38,066 nucleotides of DNA from Dehalococcoidales bacterium (lineage in GTDB: Bacteria > Chloroflexota > Dehalococcoidia > E44-bin15), in NCBI GenBank assembly GCA_030615555.1, contig JAUWZB010000001.1:1-38066 (forward strand), read 5' to 3'. Within the stretch, counting starts at the first letter, position 1, and each line of letters begins with the position of its first letter. Under the pieces are notes generated by a model that ran no database searches, was not told where the DNA came from, and worked only from the letters and a program-made list of their open reading frames with translations. The translations under genes were made by a program, and so were the position numbers. This document shows positions 6,971 to 16,254 of this stretch, one piece after another.

Positions 6971-7848
6971 GGTACTATCCTTTCTTCCCCGGTTGCTCTT
7001 TAGGGGCTACAGCAGTGGCCTATGGCGATTCAGTAAAAGCTGTAGCTGGCCCGTTAGAGATGGAGTTGATCGAACTGGAGGACTGGAATTGCTGTGGCTC
7101 CACGCCCTACGGCTCCACCGATGAACCGGAGGCGGTTTGCATTGCGGCCCGCAATCTGGCGCTGGCGGAGAAAACTGGCCTCGACCTCGTGACTCCGTGT
7201 AGCGCCTGCTATACCACCTTGCAAAATGCGAACCACAATATCCAGACGTATCCTGACCTGAAGGATCGGGTAAATGACGCGTTGGGTGCTGCCGGACTGG
7301 AGTATGGAGGAAAAGTCAGGGTGAGGCACCTTGCCGAGGTTATCTTCACCGACATCGGGCTTGAGGCCATTGAGTCCAAGGTGGTGAACAAACTCACCGG
7401 GTTGAAGGTTGCCCCCTACTATGGCTGCCAACTGGTAAGGCCCCATAGGGGCTTCGATGATCCGGAGCATCCCCAGACACTGGATCGCCTGATCACGAGC
7501 CTGGGTGCCGAGGCTGTTCCTTTCCCGCTGAAAAGCCGCTGCTGCGGGGGCTCCTTGATCATACCAGAGCCTAACCTGGCCTTAGGTTTGATTCACCAGA
7601 TTTTGGATAGCGCCACCGCAAACGGGGCGGAGTGCATTATTACTCCCTGTCCCCTTTGCCAGACAAACCTAGATGCCTACCAGGGCATGGTGAATGCCAG
7701 GTTCAAAACCAGATATGAAATTCCGATTCTGTTCTTCACCCAGCTCATTGGTCTGGCCTTCGGCATCGACCCTAAAGCACTGGGCTTGGATAAAGGAGCG
7801 GTCTCAGCAAAAAGGGTGCTTGACCCATATTTAGCTGTAGCCAAATAG
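6967..7848 (+). CDS. hdrB: heterodisulfide reductase subunit B
   Basis: 293 aa. The N-terminus YYPFFPGCS and two CCG-domain signatures (NCCGS and RCCGGS...CPLCQ) are present. Confidence 0.9.
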   Translation: MRYYPFFPGCSLGATAVAYGDSVKAVAGPLEMELIELEDWNCCGSTPYGSTDEPEAVCIAARNLALAEKTGLDLVTPCSACYTTLQNANHNIQTYPDLKDRVNDALGAAGLEYGGKVRVRHLAEVIFTDIGLEAIESKVVNKLTGLKVAPYYGCQLVRPHRGFDDPEHPQTLDRLITSLGAEAVPFPLKSRCCGGSLIIPEPNLALGLIHQILDSATANGAECIITPCPLCQTNLDAYQGMVNARFKTRYEIPILFFTQLIGLAFGIDPKALGLDKGAVSAKRVLDPYLAVAK

Positions 7849-7857
7849 GAGGCTTCT

Positions 7858-10800
7858 ATGGAAAAGAAAATCGGCGTCTATATCTGCCACTGCGGAAGCA
7901 ACATTGCGGGCACGGTGGATGTGGAGGAGGTAACTAGGTTTGCCCAGGGATTGGGTTCGGTGGTAGTGGCACGCGACTACAAGTACATGTGTGCCGACAC
8001 GGGGCAGAACCTTATCAAAAATGATATCCAGGAGCTGGAGCTTAACCGGGTTGTTGTTGCTTCCTGCTCTCCCCGGATGCACGAACCTACCTTCAGGCAC
8101 GCGTGCCAGGATGCAGGGCTGAACCAGTACCTCTTCGAGATGGCTAACATCCGGGAGCATTGCTCCTGGGTAACCGAAGACCGCCAGGCGGCCACGGAGA
8201 AGGCCAAGGCTCTGGTGAGTGCGGCGGTGCGCCGCGTTTCGCTTCATGAGCCATTGGAGACCAGGGAGGTTCCCGTCAATCCCAATACCCTGGTCGTGGG
8301 AGGGGGGATCGCCGGGATCCAGGCGGCGTTGGAGATCGCAGCCTCCGGTCACCAGGTTTACTTTGTGGAGCGGGAGCCATCTATCGGGGGGCACATGGCC
8401 CAGCTGGATAAGACCTTCCCCACCCTGGATTGCTCTGCCTGCATCCTCACCCCCAAGATGAGCCAGGTGGGGCAGCACCCCAATATCGAGCTCTTCAGCT
8501 ACAGCGATGTGGTAGAGGTCTCAGGCTATGTGGGCAACTTCAAGGTTAAGGTCAGAAAAAAGGCAAGGTATGTGGATGTTGATAAATGCACCGGTTGTTC
8601 GGAGTGCGAAAAGGTATGTCCTGTTGAGGTGCCCTCTGAATTCGACCTTGGATTGAGCCATAAGAAGGCGGTATACCGGCCTTTCCCTCAGGCTGTTCCC
8701 AATGCTTTCACCATTGACAAACGAGGCTATCCACCCTGCCGGGTTGCCTGTCCCGCCGGGGTCAATGCCCAAGGGTATATAGCTCTTATCTCACAGGGCA
8801 AGTTCAAGGAGGCACTTGAGGTGCTTAGAAGAACTATGCCTTTTGCTGGGGTCTGTGGGCGGGTTTGCACCCATCCCTGTGAGATAGATTGCGAACGGGG
8901 CAAGGTTGATGAGCCTATAGCCGTCCGCTCTCTAAAGCGCTTCATGGCTGACTATGAGTTGAGGGTAGGGAGAGAAAAGGTATCCCCCATCGAAAAGACA
9001 AAAGAAGACAAAGTGGCCATCATTGGCTCTGGGCCAGCGGGCTTAGCCTGTGCTTATGACCTGGTTAGGGAAGGATACCCGGTTACTGTTTTCGAGGCTG
9101 CTCCCCAGAGTGGTGGACTATTGCGCTATGGTATCCCTGAATACAGACTGCCCAAGGAAGTATTGGACAACGAAATCAGCTACATTGAAGAGCTGGGGGT
9201 GGAGATAAAGATGAATACACCGGCGAGAAATCTGGAGGATATCTTCAATCAGGGCTATAAAGCTGTCTTCTTGGCAACTGGCGCTGGGACAAGCCAGAAG
9301 ATGGGTATTCCTAATGAAGACACCAAGGGGGTAATCCATGCCCTTGACTTCCTGAAGCAGGTAATTTCAGGGGAAAAAGTCAGCCTGGGTAATCGAGTAG
9401 CCGTTATCGGCGGTGGCAACGCTGCCATAGATGCGGCTAGAGTGGCTCGTCGCCTCGGGGTAAAGGAGGTTTCAATCGTTTATCGCCGCTCTCGAGCCGA
9501 AATGCCTGCTGTCAAGACCGAGGTCGATGAAGCGGAGCGGGAGGGGGTGAGAATTAACATCCTAGCAGCACCGGTTAGTATCCTAACCGAAAATGAGCGG
9601 CTAGTTGGCATCCAATGTATTCGGATGGAGTTAGGAGAGCCTGATGCTAGTGGTCGCCGACGGCCGGTACCTATTAAGGGCTCAGAATTCAATATGGATG
9701 TTGATAATGTAATCATCGCCATAGGTCAGGCAGTGGATAAAGCCATGCTGCCCGAGGAGCTTGAATATGCTGATTGGGGAACCCTCTCCGTCGACCCTGT
9801 CACCTTACAGACAAATATTGAAGGTGTTTTTGCTGGCGGTGATGTAGTCTCTGGTCCGGCTGATGTTATCGCTACTATTGCTGCCGGGAGGGAAGCAGCC
9901 ACCTCTATAGAGCGTTACCTTAGTGGAGTGGACCTGAAAGACGGAAGACCAACACCGATTAAAAGAGTGAGAGAGGTGTCAAAGGAAAGGGTAGAGACGA
10001 GGGCAAGAGCGGCTATGCCAGCTCTTGAACTGAAGGAGCGAGAAGGTTTTGCTGAGGTTGAGCTCGGCTTTGACGAGAAGATGGCCATTGAGGAAGCTAA
10101 GCGCTGTTTGAGCTGTGCCGTGTGCTCAGAGTGCATGGAGTGCATTAAGGCTTGTGAAGCTGGAGCAATTAGTCATGAAATGGAAGACGAATATGAAGAG
10201 ATTGAAATCGGTAATATAATCGTAGCTACTGGCTATGATGCCTTTGACCCATCTGCGCTGCGCCACTATGGCTATGGGGAGCTTGATAATGTCATTACCG
10301 GTCTTGAGTTTGAGAGAATGGTCAATGCTTCAGGGCCAACCGAGGGCAGGATTGTATTGAATGGCGGCTCAGAACCAAAGACTATTGGTATTATTCACTG
10401 TGTGGGAAGTCGAGATACGAAATACCACAAGTATTGCTCGCAGGTGTGCTGTATGTATTCCATGAAATTCGGCCACCTGGTACGAGAACATGTCCCAGGG
10501 GCTAAAGTCTATGAATTCTATATTGACCTCAGGGCGGTGGGCAAGGCTTTCGAGGAGTTCTATAACCGCGTGCTGGATGAGGGGACCGTCTTTGTGCGGG
10601 GTCGCCCCAGCGAAGTGATCGCGGATGATGGCAGACTGGTTGTCCAGGTTGAAGATACCCTGGCTGATTGTGAGCGCCGTGTCCCTGTAGATATGGTGAT
10701 ACTGAGCACAGCTCTTGAGGCAAGATCAGATGCCGAGGAGGTTGCTAGGCTATTCTCCGTGAGCCGGAGCGCCGATGGCTTCTTCCTGGAGAAACACCCC

Positions 10801-11181
10801 AAGCTTGACCCAGTAGCTACTGCCACCGATGGCATATATGTCGTCGGTTGTTGCCAGTCACCTAAGGACATTCCTCAGAGCGTGGCTCAGGCTTCAGCGG
10901 CTGCGGCAAGGGTCTTAGCCATGATCGAGAAGGGCGAGATTGAGCTCGAGGCTGCTAGTTGTGTTATCGATGAGGAGCTTTGCTCCGGGTGCAAGACCTG
11001 TAACAACCTCTGCCCCTATAATGCCATCTCCTTTGATGAGGAGCGTAAGATGTCCCGCATAAACGAGGCATTGTGCAAAGGCTGTGGTGCCTGTGCTGCC
11101 GCTTGCCCTAGCGGTGCCATTGCCGCAAGGCATTTCACCTCAGAGCAGATCATGGCTGAGATTGAAGGGGTGCTAGTATGA
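7858..11181 (+). CDS. hdrA: HdrA-type flavoprotein with an inserted GltD/NfnB-like NAD(P)H-binding module (HdrL-like architecture)
   Basis: 1107 aa. HdrA hallmarks are IGVYICHCGSNIAG, the FAD site VVGGGIAGIQAALE, CTGCSECEKVCP, CSQVCCMYS, VVGCCQSPKDIPQS and the C-terminal CSGCKTCNNLCP / CKGCGACAAACP. aa ~290-745 resemble the glutamate synthase small subunit or NfnB (CPAGVNAQGY..., GVCGRVCTHPCE, KVAIIGSGPAGLACAYDL, RVAVIGGGNAAIDAAR, FAGGD). Confidence 0.9.
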   Translation: MEKKIGVYICHCGSNIAGTVDVEEVTRFAQGLGSVVVARDYKYMCADTGQNLIKNDIQELELNRVVVASCSPRMHEPTFRHACQDAGLNQYLFEMANIREHCSWVTEDRQAATEKAKALVSAAVRRVSLHEPLETREVPVNPNTLVVGGGIAGIQAALEIAASGHQVYFVEREPSIGGHMAQLDKTFPTLDCSACILTPKMSQVGQHPNIELFSYSDVVEVSGYVGNFKVKVRKKARYVDVDKCTGCSECEKVCPVEVPSEFDLGLSHKKAVYRPFPQAVPNAFTIDKRGYPPCRVACPAGVNAQGYIALISQGKFKEALEVLRRTMPFAGVCGRVCTHPCEIDCERGKVDEPIAVRSLKRFMADYELRVGREKVSPIEKTKEDKVAIIGSGPAGLACAYDLVREGYPVTVFEAAPQSGGLLRYGIPEYRLPKEVLDNEISYIEELGVEIKMNTPARNLEDIFNQGYKAVFLATGAGTSQKMGIPNEDTKGVIHALDFLKQVISGEKVSLGNRVAVIGGGNAAIDAARVARRLGVKEVSIVYRRSRAEMPAVKTEVDEAEREGVRINILAAPVSILTENERLVGIQCIRMELGEPDASGRRRPVPIKGSEFNMDVDNVIIAIGQAVDKAMLPEELEYADWGTLSVDPVTLQTNIEGVFAGGDVVSGPADVIATIAAGREAATSIERYLSGVDLKDGRPTPIKRVREVSKERVETRARAAMPALELKEREGFAEVELGFDEKMAIEEAKRCLSCAVCSECMECIKACEAGAISHEMEDEYEEIEIGNIIVATGYDAFDPSALRHYGYGELDNVITGLEFERMVNASGPTEGRIVLNGGSEPKTIGIIHCVGSRDTKYHKYCSQVCCMYSMKFGHLVREHVPGAKVYEFYIDLRAVGKAFEEFYNRVLDEGTVFVRGRPSEVIADDGRLVVQVEDTLADCERRVPVDMVILSTALEARSDAEEVARLFSVSRSADGFFLEKHPKLDPVATATDGIYVVGCCQSPKDIPQSVAQASAAAARVLAMIEKGEIELEAASCVIDEELCSGCKTCNNLCPYNAISFDEERKMSRINEALCKGCGACAAACPSGAIAARHFTSEQIMAEIEGVLV

Positions 11182-11218
11182 GCTTCCTGCCATCGAAGAA
11201 CCTTAAAGAGGAGGCAGA

Positions 11219-11746
11219 ATGGCTGACACGAATATCGGAATAGTCATGGTATACACGGGACAAGGCAAGGGCAAGACTACGGCTGCTCTGGGAACAGCAC
11301 TGCGGGCTGCTGGTCACGGATTGAAAGCGATCGTGATCCAGTTTCCTAAAGCCGACCTCGATTATGGAGAATATCTCTTCACCGGGAAGTACTACCCTTT
11401 TGAGATAGTGCAGCTAAATAAGGGAAAGACCTCCACCCAATCGGAGCAGGAACTGCACTCAGTCATCCGGCAGACCTTAGCATATGCGGAGGAAGTGCTG
11501 TTTGAGGGGCACCATCATGTGGTTGTCCTCGATGAGATTTTCAATGCAATTGACGGGGGCGGGTTAAGCACTGAGGACGTTATGGGCTTGATCAGCATAA
11601 AGCCACATTGGGTAAATCTAATCCTGACTGGGGAAAGGGCGCCAAGAGAGGCTGTCAAGCGAGCTGATTTGGTCACTGAAATGATTAAGGTCAAGCATCA
11701 CTTCGCTCAGGGCGTTGGAAGTATGCTCGAAGGGATAGATTACTGA
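11219..11746 (+). CDS. CobA/CobO/BtuR-family ATP:cob(I)alamin adenosyltransferase-like protein
   Basis: 175 aa with the P-loop VYTGQGKGKTTAALGTALRAAGHG...IVIQF, and then VVLDEI. The size is typical of the family. RBS GAGGAGG. Confidence 0.7.
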   Translation: MADTNIGIVMVYTGQGKGKTTAALGTALRAAGHGLKAIVIQFPKADLDYGEYLFTGKYYPFEIVQLNKGKTSTQSEQELHSVIRQTLAYAEEVLFEGHHHVVVLDEIFNAIDGGGLSTEDVMGLISIKPHWVNLILTGERAPREAVKRADLVTEMIKVKHHFAQGVGSMLEGIDY

Positions 11747-11765
11747 CATTGCCCTGAAAAGCCTG

Positions 11766-12893
11766 TTGGCGAACATTTATGCGATGGTTAATTTGGAAAT
11801 CGAGCAAACCCAATCCTTGCAGACGCAGCAGGAACAAAGGCAGTTCCTCCGATTGGAACAGGCCAATCTGTTGGAAATGCCTGAGGAGGATTTTCACCGG
11901 CTCATCAGTGAGATAGAAAATAGCTCCCTTTTCAAAAAGCTTTACCGAGAAGAAAAGATAATCCACTACCAGCGATTCCCCAGAACCGATATCTCCTCTA
12001 GTTTCTATCAACTTAAAGAAGAGATCGTGGCTGATAAAGGCTCTCTCGATGTCGAATCCCTCCTGCTGAATAAAGAGCATCTTGTTCATCAAATACAAAA
12101 TTTGGGGCTGGAAAAATTCAAGCGATATTTCCTATACCCAGAACTGGACATGGGCGTGGAGGACATTGCCCGAGAGTGCGATTTGGATGTTTCAGAGGTT
12201 CGGAAGATAAACAGCCTTGTTGATGAATTCTCTATCTTGAGCGAGTTTTATAATCCCTCTTCTCTCAGCGCGGAGCACGGAATCTACTATTCCAAGATCG
12301 CCTCGGTAGAAAGGGGGCTAGAGGGTTTTGTCATTGGCTATTTTTCCCCCTCCTTCGCCCGGGGAAGGTATTCCATCGATTATGAGAGATTTGAAGAGTT
12401 GAAGAGGGGTGGCACTTTTAGTGAGACAGAGGCCAAGCAGCTATTGAGGAAACTGGAGCTAATTAATACCCGTAAGGACACGGTAACTCGAATATTGCAA
12501 AATATTGTGGAAAAGCAAGCGCTCTACTTCGAATCTGGCGATTTGAAGGCTCTTCTACCTTTTAGCCAAAAGGAGCTAGCCAAAAGGGTCGGACTTGCCC
12601 CCAGCTCCATCAGCCGTGCCATCAGGGGCAAAAGCCTTGACACACCCAGGCGTGAAGAGAAACCCCTTAAGGACTTTTTCCCCCGACCGAGGAGGTTTAA
12701 GAAAGAGTTGATCAGGCGACTCCTTGAAACTGAGACTGAGCCCCTATCTGATGAGGCGATTAAAGGCGGGCTAAACAGGGAATTCGGCGTCTCCATTTCC
12801 CGTCGCTCGGTAGCGAGCCTGAGAAAGGAACTGAAAATACCTGCAGCATGGAAGAGAAGGAAAAACTTTCCTAGAAAGGCAGAGGAAGCCTGA
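11766..12893 (+). CDS. rpoN: short, divergent RNA polymerase sigma-54 factor
   Basis: The Gln/Leu-rich N-terminus (LEIEQTQSLQTQQEQRQFLRLEQANLLEMPEEDF) resembles region I. The C-terminal HTH is SQKELAKRVGLAPSSISRAIRGKSLDTPR..PLKDFF. An RpoN-box-like sequence GVSISRRSVASLRKELKIP replaces the consensus ARRTVAKYR. The start is uncertain: TTG 11766 or ATG 11784, and neither has a clear RBS. Confidence 0.7.
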   Translation: MANIYAMVNLEIEQTQSLQTQQEQRQFLRLEQANLLEMPEEDFHRLISEIENSSLFKKLYREEKIIHYQRFPRTDISSSFYQLKEEIVADKGSLDVESLLLNKEHLVHQIQNLGLEKFKRYFLYPELDMGVEDIARECDLDVSEVRKINSLVDEFSILSEFYNPSSLSAEHGIYYSKIASVERGLEGFVIGYFSPSFARGRYSIDYERFEELKRGGTFSETEAKQLLRKLELINTRKDTVTRILQNIVEKQALYFESGDLKALLPFSQKELAKRVGLAPSSISRAIRGKSLDTPRREEKPLKDFFPRPRRFKKELIRRLLETETEPLSDEAIKGGLNREFGVSISRRSVASLRKELKIPAAWKRRKNFPRKAEEA

Positions 12894-12895
12894 GA

Positions 12896-14845
12896 ATGGG
12901 CATTGTCTTCACCGTGCGAGAAAAATGTAAAGGGTGTTATGCTTGTATTCGTAGTTGCCCATGCAAGGCAATCAGGGTGGAGCAGGGCTTAGCACAGGTG
13001 ATGAAGGAACGCTGCATCGCCTGCGGCACCTGTCTTCAGGTGTGCGCCACAGGGGCAAAGCAGGTGGAGAGCGACCTAGGAGTGGTTTGGCAATTATTGG
13101 CACAATATCCTAATGTAATCGCTATCCTTTCCTCCTCCTTTCCGGCTGCCCTGCCCGAGATTCGCCCTGGACAGCTTGTAACTGCCCTAAAAAGGCTAGG
13201 ATTTAGTGAGGTTATGGCGGACTCCTTTGGTGCTGAGCTTGTCGGCCGAGAGTATGCCCAGCTTCTAAGTAAAGACAAAGATAGGCCTATCCTTTCGTCT
13301 AACTGCCCAGCGGCAGTAACCTACATTGAGAAATACCATATCCCGCTAATCAGTTATCTGGCACCTATCGTTTCGCCTATGATTGCCATGGGTAGAGTGG
13401 TCAAATGGCAGTATAATCCGGAGGCTAAGGTAGTCTTTATTGGTCCTTGCGTAGCCAAGAAGGCTGAGAGCAAAGACGAAAAGGTTGCTGGAGTCATAGA
13501 TGCTGTGCTGAGCTTTGCTGAGTTGAAGGAGATGTTCGCTGCCAAGGGGATTACTCCTGAATCTGAGGAAGGGGGGCAATTCTCAGGTCCCAAACCCTAC
13601 CTTGGTCGCCTGTTTGCCATATCAGGGGGGTTACTTAAAGTAATGGGACTCTCCGATGATATTCTACAAAACGATGTCATCAGCGCCCATGGTAGGGATT
13701 ATGTGGTCAAAATCCTTCGGGAATTTGTTCGAGGCGACATCACTGCCAGATTTGTCAACCTACATTTCTGCCACGGGTGCATTGATGGACCAGTTATTGA
13801 CAATGAGCTAAGTGGCTTTAGGCGCAAGGAACTCATCGCCAATTATACTACGGGTAGGGCAGACCCAGTTCAAACTGAGAGGGATATCCAAGAGTATGCC
13901 AGTATTAACCTCAGCCGCAAATTTACCAGTCAAAGTATTGGACTAGCTACTCCCAGCGATAAAGATGTCCAAAGTGTCTTGAAACAGATGAATAGGGCAA
14001 ACCCTGAAGAGCAGTTCAACTGTGGTGCCTGTGGCTATAGCTCCTGCTGGGAGTTGGCGGTCGCTGTCTGTCAGGGCTTGGCTGAGACTGATATGTGCTG
14101 GCCATATGTCCTTAACAGGTTGAAGGCTACCCAAGAAGAGCTAATACAGGCAGAGAAGCTGACTTCTCTAGGCCAGATGGCAGCCTCTATTGCCCACGAG
14201 GTCAATAATCCCTTGTCCGGGGTTTTGGTCTACACCAAACTATTATCAAAAAAGTTAGATAGCGACACCTTCTCTAAACAAGAAGCCCTGGGCTACCTGT
14301 CGAAAATGGACTCAGAGGTCAGCCGTAGCTCGAAGATAATCCGCAATCTTTTGGATTTCGCCCGCCAGTCGGAGCCAGTGTTGAGGGCAGTGGATGTCAA
14401 CCAGGTTATCGAGCAAGCCCTCTCGCTGGTCAGCCATCAGGCCCAACTGCAAAACATCGAGGTAGTAAAAGAGCTAAGCCCCTCCTTGCCCAAGGTGATG
14501 GCCGATTTCGATCAGTTGCAGCAGGTTTTCACCAATCTCATCCTGAACGCGATTCAGGCTATGCCCGATGGGGGGAGGTTGACCCTCCGCACCTCGGTGG
14601 ATAGCGATGGTCAACTCAAAGTAGACATTCAGGATACCGGCTGCGGCATTTCCAGAGAGAATTTGCGAAGGCTCTTCACCCCCTTCTTTACCACCAAAGA
14701 GAAGGGGAAAGGCGTTGGCTTAGGATTGGCTGTGGTCCACGGGATCATCCAGAGGCACCAGGGAAGGATCGAAGTGCAAAGCGAGGTGGGGGAGGGAACC
14801 ACCTTCACCATCTACTTAGGAGCTCACTATGAAGAAGAGGCCTAA
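12896..14845 (+). CDS. [FeFe]-hydrogenase-like (HydS-type) sensory domain fused to a histidine kinase
   Basis: Two ferredoxin motifs are present (CKGCYACIRSCP and CIACGTCLQVC). H-domain motifs are SSNCP, GPCVAKKAE and FCHGC. An additional CGACGYSSC-x16-C motif follows, then HisKA (SIAHEVNNPL) and HATPase_c (NLILNAIQAM, DTGCGI, GKGVGLGLAV). The start lies 3 nt after the rpoN stop. Confidence 0.8.
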   Translation: MGIVFTVREKCKGCYACIRSCPCKAIRVEQGLAQVMKERCIACGTCLQVCATGAKQVESDLGVVWQLLAQYPNVIAILSSSFPAALPEIRPGQLVTALKRLGFSEVMADSFGAELVGREYAQLLSKDKDRPILSSNCPAAVTYIEKYHIPLISYLAPIVSPMIAMGRVVKWQYNPEAKVVFIGPCVAKKAESKDEKVAGVIDAVLSFAELKEMFAAKGITPESEEGGQFSGPKPYLGRLFAISGGLLKVMGLSDDILQNDVISAHGRDYVVKILREFVRGDITARFVNLHFCHGCIDGPVIDNELSGFRRKELIANYTTGRADPVQTERDIQEYASINLSRKFTSQSIGLATPSDKDVQSVLKQMNRANPEEQFNCGACGYSSCWELAVAVCQGLAETDMCWPYVLNRLKATQEELIQAEKLTSLGQMAASIAHEVNNPLSGVLVYTKLLSKKLDSDTFSKQEALGYLSKMDSEVSRSSKIIRNLLDFARQSEPVLRAVDVNQVIEQALSLVSHQAQLQNIEVVKELSPSLPKVMADFDQLQQVFTNLILNAIQAMPDGGRLTLRTSVDSDGQLKVDIQDTGCGISRENLRRLFTPFFTTKEKGKGVGLGLAVVHGIIQRHQGRIEVQSEVGEGTTFTIYLGAHYEEEA

Positions 14846-16193
14846 AATCCTTGTTGTTGATGATGAAGCTGTTATGCGCGAATCGCTTCATGATTGGCTA
14901 AGCGATGCTGGCTACCAGGTGTTCACTGCGGAAAATGGCCCACAAGCCCTAGAGATTATCGAAAAAGAGAACCTTGGAATTGTCATCGCCGATCTGGTGA
15001 TGCCAGGGATGGACGGGATCGAGTTGATGAAGCAGGCCAGGGAGATCCTTCCCAACATCCAGGTGATCATCATTACCGCCTATGGAAGCATCCCCACCGC
15101 TATTGCTGCCATGAAGGAAGGAGCCTATGACTATATCGAGAAGCCCTTCTGCCCCGAGAGAGTGGAATCGCTGCTCGAGAGGTTGGTTGAGCATCAAGGG
15201 CTAATTGAGGAGAACCTTTCCCTGCGCCAGAGATTAGAGGATCGCTACCGCTTTGAGAATATCATCGCTAAAAGCCCTGAGATGCAGCGGGTGATTGAGG
15301 TGATCAAGGTCGTGGCCAGGAGCAACGCCACCGTATTAATCACGGGCGACAGCGGCACCGGAAAGGAGCTAGTGGCGCGAGCCATCCACTCCCAGAGCCA
15401 TCGCCGGGACAAGCCCTTTGTTGCCGTCAGCTGCGCTGCCTTGCCCGAGAGTCTCCTGGAGAGCGAGTTGTTCGGTCACGAGAAGGGTTCCTTCACCGGG
15501 GCTTATGCTCAAAAGAAGGGGAAATTCGAGTTCGCCAACCGGGGGACACTCTTCTTGGATGAGATCGGCGAGATGAGTGCCAACATTCAAGTCCATCTGT
15601 TGAGAGTCTTGGAAGAAAAGGCATTCACCAGGGTTGGTGGCAACGAGGAGATCAAGGTAGATGTGAGGATTATCTCAGCCACCAACAAGGACCTGAAAAA
15701 GGCAGTAGCCAGGGGGGAATTCCGGGAAGACCTTTATTACCGGCTCAATGTGGTTACCATCGACTTGCCTCCATTGAGGGAAAGAAGGGAGGACATTCCG
15801 CTCTTAGCTGAGCACTTCTTGAACAAATTTGCCCTAGAGAATCAGAAAGAGGTTGCCGGGTTCTCCCCCGAGGCGAGGGAGTTTCTGTTGCGTTATGACT
15901 GGCCAGGAAACGTCCGTGAGTTGGAAAACGCTATCGAAAGGGCGGTTATCCTGGCCAAAAATTCTTTAATTGAGGTTGCCGACCTACCTGACCAAAGCTG
16001 GTCGTTGGCCCGTTCGGCTTTGCAGGGGAAAAGCCTTAAAGAGATGGAGAAGAACCATATCCTGAATGTGCTCTCTGAAACTGGGGGGAATTATAGCCAA
16101 GCGGCCAGGATCTTGGGGATTAGCAGAATGACGCTCTATAATAAAGCGCGGGAGTATGGGTTAGATGTAAAGAAAATAGACAACGCTGGCTAA
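14829..16193 (+). CDS. sigma-54-dependent response regulator (NtrC family: REC, AAA+, Fis-type HTH)
   Basis: REC shows ILVVDDE...IADLVMPGMDG. The AAA+ domain shows Walker A GDSGTGKE, GSFTGA (a GAFTGA variant) and LFLDEIGE. The C-terminal HTH is NYSQAARILGISRMTLYNK. It overlaps the kinase gene by 17 nt. Confidence 0.9.
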   Translation: MKKRPKILVVDDEAVMRESLHDWLSDAGYQVFTAENGPQALEIIEKENLGIVIADLVMPGMDGIELMKQAREILPNIQVIIITAYGSIPTAIAAMKEGAYDYIEKPFCPERVESLLERLVEHQGLIEENLSLRQRLEDRYRFENIIAKSPEMQRVIEVIKVVARSNATVLITGDSGTGKELVARAIHSQSHRRDKPFVAVSCAALPESLLESELFGHEKGSFTGAYAQKKGKFEFANRGTLFLDEIGEMSANIQVHLLRVLEEKAFTRVGGNEEIKVDVRIISATNKDLKKAVARGEFREDLYYRLNVVTIDLPPLRERREDIPLLAEHFLNKFALENQKEVAGFSPEAREFLLRYDWPGNVRELENAIERAVILAKNSLIEVADLPDQSWSLARSALQGKSLKEMEKNHILNVLSETGGNYSQAARILGISRMTLYNKAREYGLDVKKIDNAG

Positions 16194-16254
16194 TTCCTTT
16201 ACACATTACAGAAAGTCAGTGAATCCTTAGCCTCTCCGTTGAGGCAGAGAAAAA

